This document shows positions 36,401-46,043 of a stretch of DNA of 64,000 nt, one piece after another. This DNA is from an uncultured Gemmatimonadales bacterium (lineage in GTDB: Bacteria; Gemmatimonadota; Gemmatimonadetes; Gemmatimonadales; Gemmatimonadaceae), in the NCBI GenBank assembly GCA_963851265.1, contig CAWKNZ010000002.1, forward strand, positions 1,728,001 through 1,792,000, given 5' to 3'. Within the stretch, counting starts at the first letter, position 1. The number at the start of each line of letters is the position of its first letter. The translations under genes and the position numbers were made by a program. Below the pieces are notes generated by a model. That model saw only the letters and a list, made by a program, of their open reading frames with translations. It searched no databases and was not told where the DNA came from.

Positions 36401-37762
36401 TTACCGGCCCGTGTACACGATCTTCCAGATGCGGCCGCGTGCGTCGTCGGTGACGTACAGACCACCGTCGGGCGCCTCGGCCAGCCCCACCGGTCGCCGC
36501 GTCACCGAGCCGTCGCGGAAGCCGTCGGCGAACGTCTCGTACTTGCCCGACGGGCGGCCGTTGGCCATCGGCTGGAACACGACGCGGTAGCCGGCCTGCG
36601 GCAGCGGGGCGCGGTTCCACGATCCGTGAAAGCTGATGAACGCGCCGCCGCGGTAGTGCGCGGGGAATCCGTTGCCGGTGTAGAACATCGACGCCATCGG
36701 CGCCCAGTGCCCCGGGAACGCCGCGATGGGCGACTTCTTCGAGGCGCAGCGCCCGACCACGTGCCCGTCGCCGCCGTACTCGGGCGCGAGGACGAGCTTC
36801 GACTGCATCTGGTCGTAGTAGCAATATGGCCAGCCGAAGTCGTCGCCGGCGTTCACCTGCATGAACTCCTCGGCGGGCAACTCGGCGCTCTGCTCGACGG
36901 TGAACTTGTTCGGCCAGTTCTGGTACAGCTGGTCGCGGCCGTGCTGCGTGGTGTAGATGCGGCCGTCGATCGGGTTGAGCGTCAGCCCCATCGCGTTGCG
37001 AATGCCCGTGGCCCAACGCGCGGTCGGCGAGAACTGCTGCCCGGGGCGATCGGCCGCGAAGCGCCACACGCCGGCGCGCGTCTGCAGCTCGGTGCACGGG
37101 TCGGCGCCGGGCGACCCGCTCCGCCGGTCGGATTCCTGGCAGGAATTCGTCTGCGAGCCGACGTTGACGTAGAGCGAGCCGCGCCCGTCCAGCACGATGT
37201 TGCGCGCCTCGTGGCCGCCGGTTGGCAGACCCGAGACGATCACCTGCCCTTCCCCGGTCGGCCGGAGCTGGCCACGTGCGATCGGGTAGCGGGTGATCTG
37301 GCTTCCCTCGTCGACGTAGACGAACCCGGGCGCGACGGCGACGCCGGTCCCGCCGTGCGCGCCGAATCCCTCGACCTCGTCCGAGCGGCCGTTCCCGTCA
37401 CGGTCGCGCATGGCGAGCACGCCCCCGCTGCGCGTCGCACCCTGCTCGCTGCCGAAGCGCTTGGGCACCTGGAGCGCGACGTACACGGTGCCGTCGGGTC
37501 CGACCGCGACGTGGCGCGGGCTGCCGACGCTGTCGGCGAAGATCGTCGCGCAGAAGCCCCGGGGCAGCTTCAGTCCGCCGTTGTCGGGTGCACAGGCGGG
37601 AGCGGCCGCACGCGTCGCGGCGGCGCCGAGCGACTCGGCCGGGTGCACGGTCGCCGCCTGGCCGTCGCGCTCGCAGCCGACGGCGGTGGTGAGGAGGACG
37701 GCGGCGAGCGCGGCGCGGCGCGCACGGGCGAGCGGTTCGGGAGCGAGAACGGGCACGTACAT
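36401..37762 (-). CDS. PQQ-dependent sugar / sorbosone dehydrogenase family lipoprotein
   Basis: TAVGC lipobox, ATGIRNAMGL, HGRD, FGWPYCY, HWAP, FHGSWNR, RPVGLA, TDD..GRIW. Confidence 0.85.
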   Translation of the reverse strand: MYVPVLAPEPLARARRAALAAVLLTTAVGCERDGQAATVHPAESLGAAATRAAAPACAPDNGGLKLPRGFCATIFADSVGSPRHVAVGPDGTVYVALQVPKRFGSEQGATRSGGVLAMRDRDGNGRSDEVEGFGAHGGTGVAVAPGFVYVDEGSQITRYPIARGQLRPTGEGQVIVSGLPTGGHEARNIVLDGRGSLYVNVGSQTNSCQESDRRSGSPGADPCTELQTRAGVWRFAADRPGQQFSPTARWATGIRNAMGLTLNPIDGRIYTTQHGRDQLYQNWPNKFTVEQSAELPAEEFMQVNAGDDFGWPYCYYDQMQSKLVLAPEYGGDGHVVGRCASKKSPIAAFPGHWAPMASMFYTGNGFPAHYRGGAFISFHGSWNRAPLPQAGYRVVFQPMANGRPSGKYETFADGFRDGSVTRRPVGLAEAPDGGLYVTDDARGRIWKIVYTGR

Positions 37763-37817
37763 TGGGTCGACGGTCGAGGACTGCGCCGGCGACCGCCGGC
37801 GTAGAACGTGAGGCGCG

Positions 37818-37833
37818 CGCAAGCCTCACGCCA
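37818..37833 (-). promoter_or_regulatory. Candidate sigma54 promoter for the sugar dehydrogenase
   Basis: Minus strand TGGCGTGAGGCTTGCG; overlaps the inverted repeat CGTGAGGC/GCCTCACG. Confidence 0.5.
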
Positions 37834-37883
37834 CGCGCAACGCCGGGGTCGCGCCGGACGGGCTAAGTTGCCCGTCACGTTCG

Positions 37884-39116
37884 ATGTCGTCTCCGGCGCT
37901 GACCCGCCGATCACCCACCGCACGAGTTTCGATGCTACCCGCCCCGATCCCGACGCTCACCGGTCTCCCGCCGTACGTCTTCACCGAGCTCGACCGTTTG
38001 AAGGCCGACGCGCGTGTCCGGCTCGCGGCAGAGGGGCGGTCGCTGGTCGACCTCGGAATCGGCAGTCCGGACCGGCCGATGCCCGAGGCGGTGATCGAGG
38101 CGTCGCGGCACGCGTTCGCCGACCTGGCGCGCCACGGCTACCCGCCGTTCCGCGCCACGCCCGAGTTTCTCGACGCCGTCGCGGGTTTCATGCACGACCG
38201 GTTCGGCGTCGCGGTCGACCCCCAGCGCGAGGTCGTCGCCGTGAGCGGATCGAAGGAGGGCGTCGCGCAGCTGATCCGGGCGTATTGCGGGCCCGGCGAC
38301 GTCGCGATCGTGCCCGAGATCTACTACCCGGTGTACGCGCGGGCCGCGCTGCTGCACGGGGCCGAGGTGGCGTACGTTCCCATGCGCGCGCCGACGTTTC
38401 TCGCCGACTTCGAGGCCGTGCCGGCCGAACAGCTGCGGCGGGCGAAGTTGCTGGTTTTGAACTACCCGAACAACCCGACGGGCGCCGTGTGCGACCTCGC
38501 GTACCTCGCGCGGGCGGTCGAGTTCGCGCGGCGGCACGGGCTGCTGCTCGTGAGCGACCTCGCCTACAGCGAACTCACGTACGACGGCTACCGCGCGCCC
38601 AGCGTGTTGGAGGTGCCGGGGGCGCGCGAGGTGGCCGTCGAGCTGCACTCGTGCTCGAAGACGTTCAACATGGCCGGGCTGCGCGTCGGGTTCGTCGTGG
38701 GCGCGGCGGCGGCGTGCGATGCCCTGCTCGCGTATCGCAGCAACGTCGGTTATGGCACGCCGTGGGTGGCGCAGGCGGCGGGCGCGTACGCGATCACCAA
38801 CCACCGCTCGCTCACCCCTTCCATCGTGCGCGAGTACGCGGCACGGCGCGACGCGGTGTACGGCGCGCTCCGCGCGGCGGGATGGACGGCGACGCCGCCG
38901 CAGGCGGCGATGTACGCCTGGCTACCCGTGCCCGAGGGCTTCGAGGACTGGGCGTGGGTGCGCGCCGGGATGACCGACGCGGGCGTGGTCGTGACGCCCG
39001 GGATCGCGTTCGGGCCGGGCGGTGCGGGCTACTTCCGGATCTCGTTCGTGCAGCCGGCCGCCACGCTGGCCGCGGCGGTCGAACAGCTGACCGCCGCGGC
39101 CGCCGCGGGGGTCTAG
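37884..39116 (+). CDS. Class I/II PLP aminotransferase (LL-diaminopimelate aminotransferase-like); alternative start 37932
   Basis: PPYVF, DLGIGSPD, GSKEG, NYPNNPTG, DLAY, SKTFNMAGLRVG. Confidence 0.88.
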   Translation: MSSPALTRRSPTARVSMLPAPIPTLTGLPPYVFTELDRLKADARVRLAAEGRSLVDLGIGSPDRPMPEAVIEASRHAFADLARHGYPPFRATPEFLDAVAGFMHDRFGVAVDPQREVVAVSGSKEGVAQLIRAYCGPGDVAIVPEIYYPVYARAALLHGAEVAYVPMRAPTFLADFEAVPAEQLRRAKLLVLNYPNNPTGAVCDLAYLARAVEFARRHGLLLVSDLAYSELTYDGYRAPSVLEVPGAREVAVELHSCSKTFNMAGLRVGFVVGAAAACDALLAYRSNVGYGTPWVAQAAGAYAITNHRSLTPSIVREYAARRDAVYGALRAAGWTATPPQAAMYAWLPVPEGFEDWAWVRAGMTDAGVVVTPGIAFGPGGAGYFRISFVQPAATLAAAVEQLTAAAAAGV

Positions 39117-39583
39117 CGCGCGCCGCCAGCGAGCTGCGCGCCCGCGGACGTGAGCTCGGTACCGATCTCGTTGAGCGTGGTGGCGACGGCGCCGCTCTGA
39201 CGCGACGCGACGCGCGTGACCTTGGGCCCGAGGCGGCTCAGGATCGCGCCGATGCGGGCGCCGTTCACCGTCGACATGGTGAGCTCGGTGCGCAGCGCGC
39301 CGAGATCGGTCGCGATGCTCTGCAGCCCGGGGCGCCCGCTCGCGGCGAGCTTGCTCTGCAGACTCTGAAGGAGCGGGCCGGCGACGCTGACCGGCAGGCT
39401 CGTCAACCCGGCCTTCGCCGCCGCGTTGACGCTGTCGAGCTGCGCGACGAGCGTGGTGTCGGTGGCGCCGGACCGCATCGCGGATCCGGACATCGACCCG
39501 GACGTGGTGGTCTGGGCGTGGAGGGCCGAGGCCGAAGCGGTCAGGACGACGGCGGCGGCAAGGGTGCTGATAGAGCGGTGCAT
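39113..39583 (-). CDS. Secreted helical hypothetical protein
   Basis: Signal peptide MHRSISTLAAAVVLTASASALHA-Q; convergent 4-nt overlap with the aminotransferase. Confidence 0.7.
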   Translation of the reverse strand: MHRSISTLAAAVVLTASASALHAQTTTSGSMSGSAMRSGATDTTLVAQLDSVNAAAKAGLTSLPVSVAGPLLQSLQSKLAASGRPGLQSIATDLGALRTELTMSTVNGARIGAILSRLGPKVTRVASRQSGAVATTLNEIGTELTSAGAQLAGGAR

Positions 39584-39726
39584 GGCGATGACTCGAGCGG
39601 AGAGGAACGGAGCGCGGCATGGCCGCGGCGCGGCCGTGGATCGTTCCGTCGTAACAGTCGCGTCGCCGAACTCGTTCCTCACGGCGGGGCGCGTCCGGCG
39701 CACGCCGTGATGCGCCGCACCGGGCG

Positions 39727-42627
39727 TCAGCGCCCAATCCAGTAGCTGGCCTTGATCTGGAACACGTTCACCGGCCGGTCGCGAAACAGCGCGGCCTGAT
39801 CGCGCGAGAAGTCGAAGGTGCCGTACGAGGCGGACCCGCTCCGCTGCTGCGACCAGACGGCGAAGAGCGTCGAGCCGGGGCGGTACTCCCAGCGGAGCAC
39901 GGCAGTGCCGCGCAGCGACCGGACGTTGAAATTCGGGTTCCCGATGTCGAACCCCGCCACCGCCGCGCCCGCCGCGGGGCACACGGTTCCGACCGGCGCC
40001 GCCGGGTCGAGTGTGTAGGAGCCGGAGGCGTCGCGGCACACCGTCCCGAGATCACGCCCGTAGACGCGCGACGCGAGCGTCCGCGTCGCGGCGAACTCGT
40101 TGAAGCGCGAGTACGACCCGCTCGCGATGAACGGTTGCGCGTACAGCTCCAGCGTGAGCGACGGCGTGAACGTCGTGTTCACGCGCGTTTCGACGGACAG
40201 CGTGCGCTGGTCGAGGCGCGAGAAGATGTAGCGTTGCCCGGCGAATCCCGCGGGCGCGGTCGGATCGGCGACCGCCGTCACGAACTGCTGCGGATCGATC
40301 GTGCGCGAGTACGACGGCGAGACGCTCACGAGCAGTCGGGTCGACGGTTTGACGGTGATCCCCGGGTTGAGGCGCGTCTGTTGGAACTCGCTCGCGATGC
40401 CGAATAGCCGCCGCGCACCGAGGTTGAAGACGACGCTGTGGCGCGCGTCGGTGCCGACGTTGGCGCCGAGGAAGTCGTAGCCGACGCGACGCTCGACGGG
40501 GCCGCCCCGCGTGAGGCCGTCGTCGAGGTTGGACGGATGGTGGATGCCGAACAGGCTCACCGACCAGTAGTTGGCGAGGGTACCGAACAGCCCGCCGTGC
40601 AGCTCAGCGTCGTTACGATCGCCGTCGAAGTTGAACTGCTGCTGCGCGCCCACGATCACCGACGCGAAGCGGTACCAGGCGGTCGGCTTCGTCCAGACGC
40701 GCTGCACGTTCGCGAGCATCCAGCGGTAGTCCGCGCGGTCGAGGTAGGCGAGGTCGTTGACCTCGAACCCGGGGCTCCGCCAGTTCTGCGCGGTTTCCCA
40801 CTGCCAGTCGCCGTTGTCCTTCGCGAGGCGCGCGTACAGTGCGTACCCGCCGAGCGAGGTGCGCGCAGGATCGTATGCGGCGCCGAACAGCCCGTCGGAC
40901 CGGACGCGCCGATCGGGACGTTGGTAGTAGCGCGCGCTCGACTGCTCCGTGGCGCGGATCGCGGCCGTGTCGCCCCCGACGTCGGACGCGGCGACCTGCG
41001 CGAGGAACGAATAGGTGCGGTCCTTCCAGTAGTGGGCGACGTCGGCGCCCGCGACGACCGCACGGGTGCGGAGGCCGGTGCGCTCGAGCGAATCGCCGAG
41101 CGCGCGGTTCGTCAGCGTGAGCACGCCGCCGACCCGCGTGTCGCCGTTGCGAAGGTCCTTGCGCAGGCGGCCGAGGAAGTAGTTCGTGAGCGGCTCCACC
41201 TGCTGCTGGCGCACGGGGAGCGGGTCGGGCGACGGGAGCGCGGCCGGGGAGGTCGCGGCGGGGGGGAGCGGGACGAACCGCGCCGTGGCGCGGCCGGTGA
41301 GCGCGTCGAGCATGCCCACCGTCCACCCCGATCGCGTGCGGCCGGTGACGGTGGCCGCGCCGAGGATGCTGGTCACGTCCGGCGCGTCGACGAACTGCGC
41401 GTCGTCGGACACCGCGCCCGTAAGCTGCGGCGCGCGGCCGATGCGGCGCGAGTAGAAGACGTTGAGGTTGGAGACGTTGTCGCAGAAGAAGCAGTTGAAC
41501 TGGCCGAAGCTGAAGTAGCCCGCGTTGTTCACGAAGAACGGGCGCTTCTCCTGGTAAAACGTTTCGTACGCGCTGAGGTTGACGGTCGCCGGATCGGCTT
41601 CGACCTGCCCGAAGTCCGGGTTCACGGTCGCGTCGAGCGTGAGGCTCGGCGTCAGCAGGAACTTGACGTCGGCGCCTGCGCGCAGCGTGCGCTGCTGGAG
41701 CGTGCGGTGGAACGGATCGCCCGGGGTGACGGCGGCGAACCGGTCGCCGGTCACGACGTACGGCACGATCTCTTCCTGCCGCGGCGGGGCGCTGAGCGCG
41801 AGTCCGGTGAGCGTGCCGAAGTAGGCCGGGCCGCCCGCCTCGTTCAGTCGCCAGAACGCCCACATGTCCTGCTCGTTGCGCCGCGTGACGTAGCGCCAGA
41901 GCTGGAACCCCCACGGCGCGACGACATCGCCGACGAGGGAATCGAGCGCCGCGCCGGCCGCCTCGCCGGTGAGCCCGGTTCGTGCGGTGCGGGCCGCGCC
42001 GCCCTGAAAGCGCAGCTGCGAGAACGGAATGCGAAACTCCGCCGTCCAGCCGAGCGAGTCGACGTGCGCGGCGCCCTCCCACACCGGGTCCCACGACGCG
42101 TCGCCGTTCAGCTGGTCGCCGCGGACGCCTAACGGATTGAGCTCGAACCACACGCGCGTGTTGCGATCGCGGAACGGGTCGAAGACGACCGCGATCTTGT
42201 CGGACGCGAGGCCGCTCGCGTTGTCGAGCAGCGCGTCGCGTCGCGTGAGGACGCCGCGGACGGCGCGGGCGCCGCCGCGCTCGTACATGCGCGCGCCGAT
42301 GTACAGCGCCTGGTCGTCGTAGAGGATGCGCACCTCGGTGCGCTCCGACGCCGGGCGCCCCTCGTCGGGCTGCTGCTGCGTGAACTGGGTGATGGGCTGC
42401 GCCGCGGCCCACGCGGCATCGTCGAGGCGGCCGTCGATCGCGATCGGTCCGGTGCGGCGCGACCCGCGAGCGACCGGGCGCGGGTCGGTCTGCGACGGGG
42501 TACCCGCGGCGGCCTGCTGTGCACGCGCGCCGCGCGCGGGCCCGCCGAGGGCGGCGAGCAGCAGCAGGGCGGCGGCCGCCCAACGCCGCGACAAGCGGAA
42601 CGACGGGATTAACGTTGAATGTGACAC
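39727..42627 (-). CDS. Exported CBM9-like / DUF5916-type protein, probably outer-membrane
   Basis: Signal peptide, IDGRLDDAAW, WTAEFRIPFSQLRF, LDATVNPDFGQVEADP, EKRPFF, YSRRIG, LRWEYRPGS, KASYW end. Confidence 0.8.
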   Translation of the reverse strand: MSHSTLIPSFRLSRRWAAAALLLLAALGGPARGARAQQAAAGTPSQTDPRPVARGSRRTGPIAIDGRLDDAAWAAAQPITQFTQQQPDEGRPASERTEVRILYDDQALYIGARMYERGGARAVRGVLTRRDALLDNASGLASDKIAVVFDPFRDRNTRVWFELNPLGVRGDQLNGDASWDPVWEGAAHVDSLGWTAEFRIPFSQLRFQGGAARTARTGLTGEAAGAALDSLVGDVVAPWGFQLWRYVTRRNEQDMWAFWRLNEAGGPAYFGTLTGLALSAPPRQEEIVPYVVTGDRFAAVTPGDPFHRTLQQRTLRAGADVKFLLTPSLTLDATVNPDFGQVEADPATVNLSAYETFYQEKRPFFVNNAGYFSFGQFNCFFCDNVSNLNVFYSRRIGRAPQLTGAVSDDAQFVDAPDVTSILGAATVTGRTRSGWTVGMLDALTGRATARFVPLPPAATSPAALPSPDPLPVRQQQVEPLTNYFLGRLRKDLRNGDTRVGGVLTLTNRALGDSLERTGLRTRAVVAGADVAHYWKDRTYSFLAQVAASDVGGDTAAIRATEQSSARYYQRPDRRVRSDGLFGAAYDPARTSLGGYALYARLAKDNGDWQWETAQNWRSPGFEVNDLAYLDRADYRWMLANVQRVWTKPTAWYRFASVIVGAQQQFNFDGDRNDAELHGGLFGTLANYWSVSLFGIHHPSNLDDGLTRGGPVERRVGYDFLGANVGTDARHSVVFNLGARRLFGIASEFQQTRLNPGITVKPSTRLLVSVSPSYSRTIDPQQFVTAVADPTAPAGFAGQRYIFSRLDQRTLSVETRVNTTFTPSLTLELYAQPFIASGSYSRFNEFAATRTLASRVYGRDLGTVCRDASGSYTLDPAAPVGTVCPAAGAAVAGFDIGNPNFNVRSLRGTAVLRWEYRPGSTLFAVWSQQRSGSASYGTFDFSRDQAALFRDRPVNVFQIKASYWIGR

Positions 42628-42799
42628 GAAACCGGACGGAGCGCGTGGATCCTGGGAACGTGACGTTTGACAGCACGTCGATCCCGATGGTTGCGCTCTA
42701 CGGTCGGCGACACGATGCGGTTACAACGCGGTGACGATGCGCGACCGGTGAGGACGCGCGCCGCGCTCGCGCACGCGATCGGCCGCACGTGTGAAACCG

Positions 42800-42834
42800 G
42801 AAGGGGCCGATCTCCGTAAGAGATCGGCCCCTTC
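42800..42834 (-). terminator. 15-bp perfect hairpin downstream of nrdJ (likely terminator)
   Basis: GAAGGGGCCGATCTC-CGTAA-GAGATCGGCCCCTTC. Confidence 0.75.
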
Positions 42835-42927
42835 GTCTGCGCGGCGCCTGTGCCGCCTTACACCGTTCTGCGGCGCCCCCCAACCGGCGGGGCGGGGCGC
42901 GGCGCGCGCGCGGTCACCGGTGCGAGG

Positions 42928-45513
42928 TCACCCGCACTCGCTGAAGCCGCAGACGTGGCACTTCACGCACCCCTCGGCGAACTCCAACTGGCTTCCGCAG
43001 TCCGGGCACGTGCCCATGAACACCTCGCTCGGCGTGTACGCGCCCATCGGGTCGGTCTGCGCGTTCACCTGGGCGTTGAGCATGTTCCCTCCCCCCGAGC
43101 CGGCCGGCGTCGACGTCGTCGGCGTGACGGCGGGCATCGACGTGGCCGGCGTGGCGAGGAAGTCCTGCTGCACGCCCTGGTGCTTGTCGCGCCACCACTC
43201 TTCGAGCGCGATGCCGACCGCGTCGGGCATCGAGAGCACCTTGTTGGGGCCGAGGCCGACCGCGCGGTCCGACGAGATCCCGCGCAGCTGGCGCACGATC
43301 TCGGGGAGCGCGATGCCGGAGCGGAGCGCGAGTGACACCATGCGGCCTAACGCCTCCGCGTCCGCCATCGCCGACCCGCCCGCCTTGCCGAGGCTGATGA
43401 ACACGTCGAACGCGTTGCCGCGGTCGTCCTCGGAGATGTGCACGAACATCGTGCCGAGAGGCGTCTCCTTGCGCATCGACGTCGAGCGGAGCTTGTCGGG
43501 GCGCGCGCGCTTCGTGCGCCGCTGCAGGTTCTCCGCCTCGGCCTCGTAGAGCGCCTTTTTGGTGCGCTCGAGCTCCGCGTTCACCTCCGCGAGCGTACCC
43601 TGCAGCTCGCCGAGCTGGCGCTTGATCGCCGGATCGGCCGCCGGGGCGGCGACGTCGGGCTTCGCGGCGTCGGCCTTCGCAGACTCGGCCTTCGCCTCGG
43701 GTCCCTTGTCGCGCTCCTTCTTGGCCTGCTCGGTGGCGCCGGTCGAGAGCACCTGGCCGTCGCGTGAGCCGTCGCGGTAGACCGTGACGCCCTTGCAGTT
43801 CAACTCGTAGGCGAGTTCGTAGATCGCGCGCACGTCGTCGAGCGTGGCGGTGTGCGCGAAGTTGGTGGTCTTGCTGATGGCGGAGTCGCAGTGCTGCTGG
43901 AAGGCGGCCTGCATGCGGACGTGCCACTCCGGCGCGATGTTGTTGGCCGTCACGAACACGCGCTGCCACTTGGCCGGGATCTCGGGGTGTTGCACCGAGC
44001 CGGTCTTGGCGATGCGCTCCATGAGCGCCTCCGAGTACCAGCCTTCCTGCTTCGCGACGGCGACGAACTCCTCGTTCACGTCCGGCATCATCACGCCGGC
44101 CTGGTTGCGCATGAAGGCGACGGCGAAGAGCGGCTCGAGCCCGGACGAGCACCCGGCGATGATCGAGATCGTGCCGGTGGGCGCGACCGTGGTGACGTTG
44201 CAGTTGCGCAGGAGCTGCATCGGCCGCACGCGCTCGCCGTTGGCGCCGCGGGCGCAGGTGGCGTCGGGGCCCCAGATGGAGCGCGCCCACTCGGGGAAGG
44301 GCCCGCGCTCGTTGGCGAGGCGCTCGCTCTCCTGCTTGCTCTCGACGTCGAGGTACTCCATGACGCGGCGGCCCATCTCGACGCCCTCGGGCGTGTCGTA
44401 GGCGATGCCCATCTTGATGAGCCCGTCCGCGAAGCCCATCACGCCGAGACCGATGCGGCGGATGCGCTTGGAGAGCGCGTCGATCTCGGGGAGGGGGTAC
44501 TTGTTGACGTCGATGATGTTGTCGAGGAAGTGCGTGGCCGTGCGGACGTCGCGGCCGTACGCCTCCCAGTCGAGTTGCCCGTCGCGGACGTAATAGCCGA
44601 CGTTGATCGATCCGAGGTTGCAGACGTCGTACGACAGCAGCGGCTGCTCGCCGCACGGGTTGGTCGCCTCGTAGGCGCCGAGGTGCGGGACGGGGTTGTA
44701 CTTGTTGGCCGCGTCGACGAAGAACACGCCCGGCTCGCCGGTGCGCCACGCGCCGAGGACCATCTTGTCCCATACCGTGCGGGCGTCCATCTGCCCCGTG
44801 ACCTGCTTGGTGACGGGGTCGACGAGGTCGTACGACGTGCCCGCCTTGACCGCCTCCATGAACGTCTCGGTGATCGCGACCGAGATGTTGAAGTTGGTGA
44901 TCTGCGTCAGGTCTTCCTTGCACGTGATGAAGTCCATCACGTCGGGATGGTCGACGCGCAGGATGCCCATGTTGGCGCCACGTCGCGTGCCGCCCTGCTT
45001 CACGGCGTCGGTCGACGCGTCGTAGAGCTTCATGAAGCTGACGGGGCCGCTCGCGACGCCGGTGGTGCTGCGCACCATCGAGCCCTTGGCGCGGAGGCGG
45101 CTGAAGCCGAAGCCGGTGCCGCCGCCGCTCTGGTGGATGAGCGCCATCGAGCGGAGCGTGTCGTAGATGCCCGTCTGCCCGTTGGAGAGGGCGTCGTCGA
45201 CCGGCAGCACGAAGCACGCGGAGAGCTGGCCGAGTGGCCGCCCGGCGTTCATCAGCGTCGGCGAGTTGGGCTCGAACCGGCGCTGGGTCATCATCGCGTA
45301 GAACTCTTCGGCCAGCGCCTGAACCTGGGCGTCGCTCGCGCCGTACCGACGGTCGGCCTCGGCGACGACGGTGGCCACGCGCCAGAACATGTCCTCGGGC
45401 GTCTCGGTGGACTTGCCCTTCGCATCGCGCACGAGGTAGCGCTTCTCGAGCACGATGCGGGCATTCTGCGACAACTCGGCGGGAACGTTCGGCGGCGTGG
45501 GGGACAGCGGCAT
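42928..45513 (-). CDS. nrdJ: Adenosylcobalamin-dependent (class II) ribonucleotide reductase with C-terminal TSCPD-like and zinc-ribbon domains
   Basis: PNSPTLMNAG, QLSACFV, GGGTG, TNPCGEQ, APTGTIS, ISKT, KGVTVYRDGSR, C-terminal CPDCG...CHVCG. Confidence 0.93.
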   Translation of the reverse strand: MPLSPTPPNVPAELSQNARIVLEKRYLVRDAKGKSTETPEDMFWRVATVVAEADRRYGASDAQVQALAEEFYAMMTQRRFEPNSPTLMNAGRPLGQLSACFVLPVDDALSNGQTGIYDTLRSMALIHQSGGGTGFGFSRLRAKGSMVRSTTGVASGPVSFMKLYDASTDAVKQGGTRRGANMGILRVDHPDVMDFITCKEDLTQITNFNISVAITETFMEAVKAGTSYDLVDPVTKQVTGQMDARTVWDKMVLGAWRTGEPGVFFVDAANKYNPVPHLGAYEATNPCGEQPLLSYDVCNLGSINVGYYVRDGQLDWEAYGRDVRTATHFLDNIIDVNKYPLPEIDALSKRIRRIGLGVMGFADGLIKMGIAYDTPEGVEMGRRVMEYLDVESKQESERLANERGPFPEWARSIWGPDATCARGANGERVRPMQLLRNCNVTTVAPTGTISIIAGCSSGLEPLFAVAFMRNQAGVMMPDVNEEFVAVAKQEGWYSEALMERIAKTGSVQHPEIPAKWQRVFVTANNIAPEWHVRMQAAFQQHCDSAISKTTNFAHTATLDDVRAIYELAYELNCKGVTVYRDGSRDGQVLSTGATEQAKKERDKGPEAKAESAKADAAKPDVAAPAADPAIKRQLGELQGTLAEVNAELERTKKALYEAEAENLQRRTKRARPDKLRSTSMRKETPLGTMFVHISEDDRGNAFDVFISLGKAGGSAMADAEALGRMVSLALRSGIALPEIVRQLRGISSDRAVGLGPNKVLSMPDAVGIALEEWWRDKHQGVQQDFLATPATSMPAVTPTTSTPAGSGGGNMLNAQVNAQTDPMGAYTPSEVFMGTCPDCGSQLEFAEGCVKCHVCGFSECG

Positions 45514-46043
45514 AAAGGCGGCTCTCCTGCGGGTGGCGCGTACGACCATCGTACGGCGACAGTGGGCGAACGGGCCGGCGACGGCCGGCGGCGGACGGGA
45601 CGTGCGCTACTGCGAGCGGTGCTGCGGGGCGGTGGTGCCGGGCGGGATTTCGGGGCGGGGGGCAGAACCTACGAGCGCTTGCTCGCAGCCACAAGCCATC
45701 CGGCGCACGCCGAAATTCACGGCATATTCTTCCGGCTCGTTGTCTCTAGAAGTGGACGACAGTGAGATCGGCCGAATCGGCATACCGTATCGTAAGGTGT
45801 TTCTTTCTAATAACTTACGGAACGGCACTTCGTTGCGTGTTGAATCGAACTGCAGGCCGGGAGTGCGCTCGTTCGTAGCGCAAGCCCAGACGGAACCAAC
45901 GTCACTTGCCTGCTTTCACGACTTCGCATTACGCGTGCCGCGCCTTACCACCGCAGACCGAACGAGAGCAGCCGCGTTTGCGCTCGATCACCGCACGCGC
46001 GCGGTCCCGAGCGGGGCGCGCGGGGCGCGGGGGGACGCGGCCG

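Noticed and set aside
42928..45513. Intein or intron in nrdJ
   Set aside because: No splice-junction or LAGLIDADG motifs; catalytic motifs are normally spaced
45514..46043. Cobalamin riboswitch or NrdR boxes upstream of nrdJ
   Set aside because: No B12-box recognised; only one weak NrdR-like match near 45744-45757 and no tandem partner
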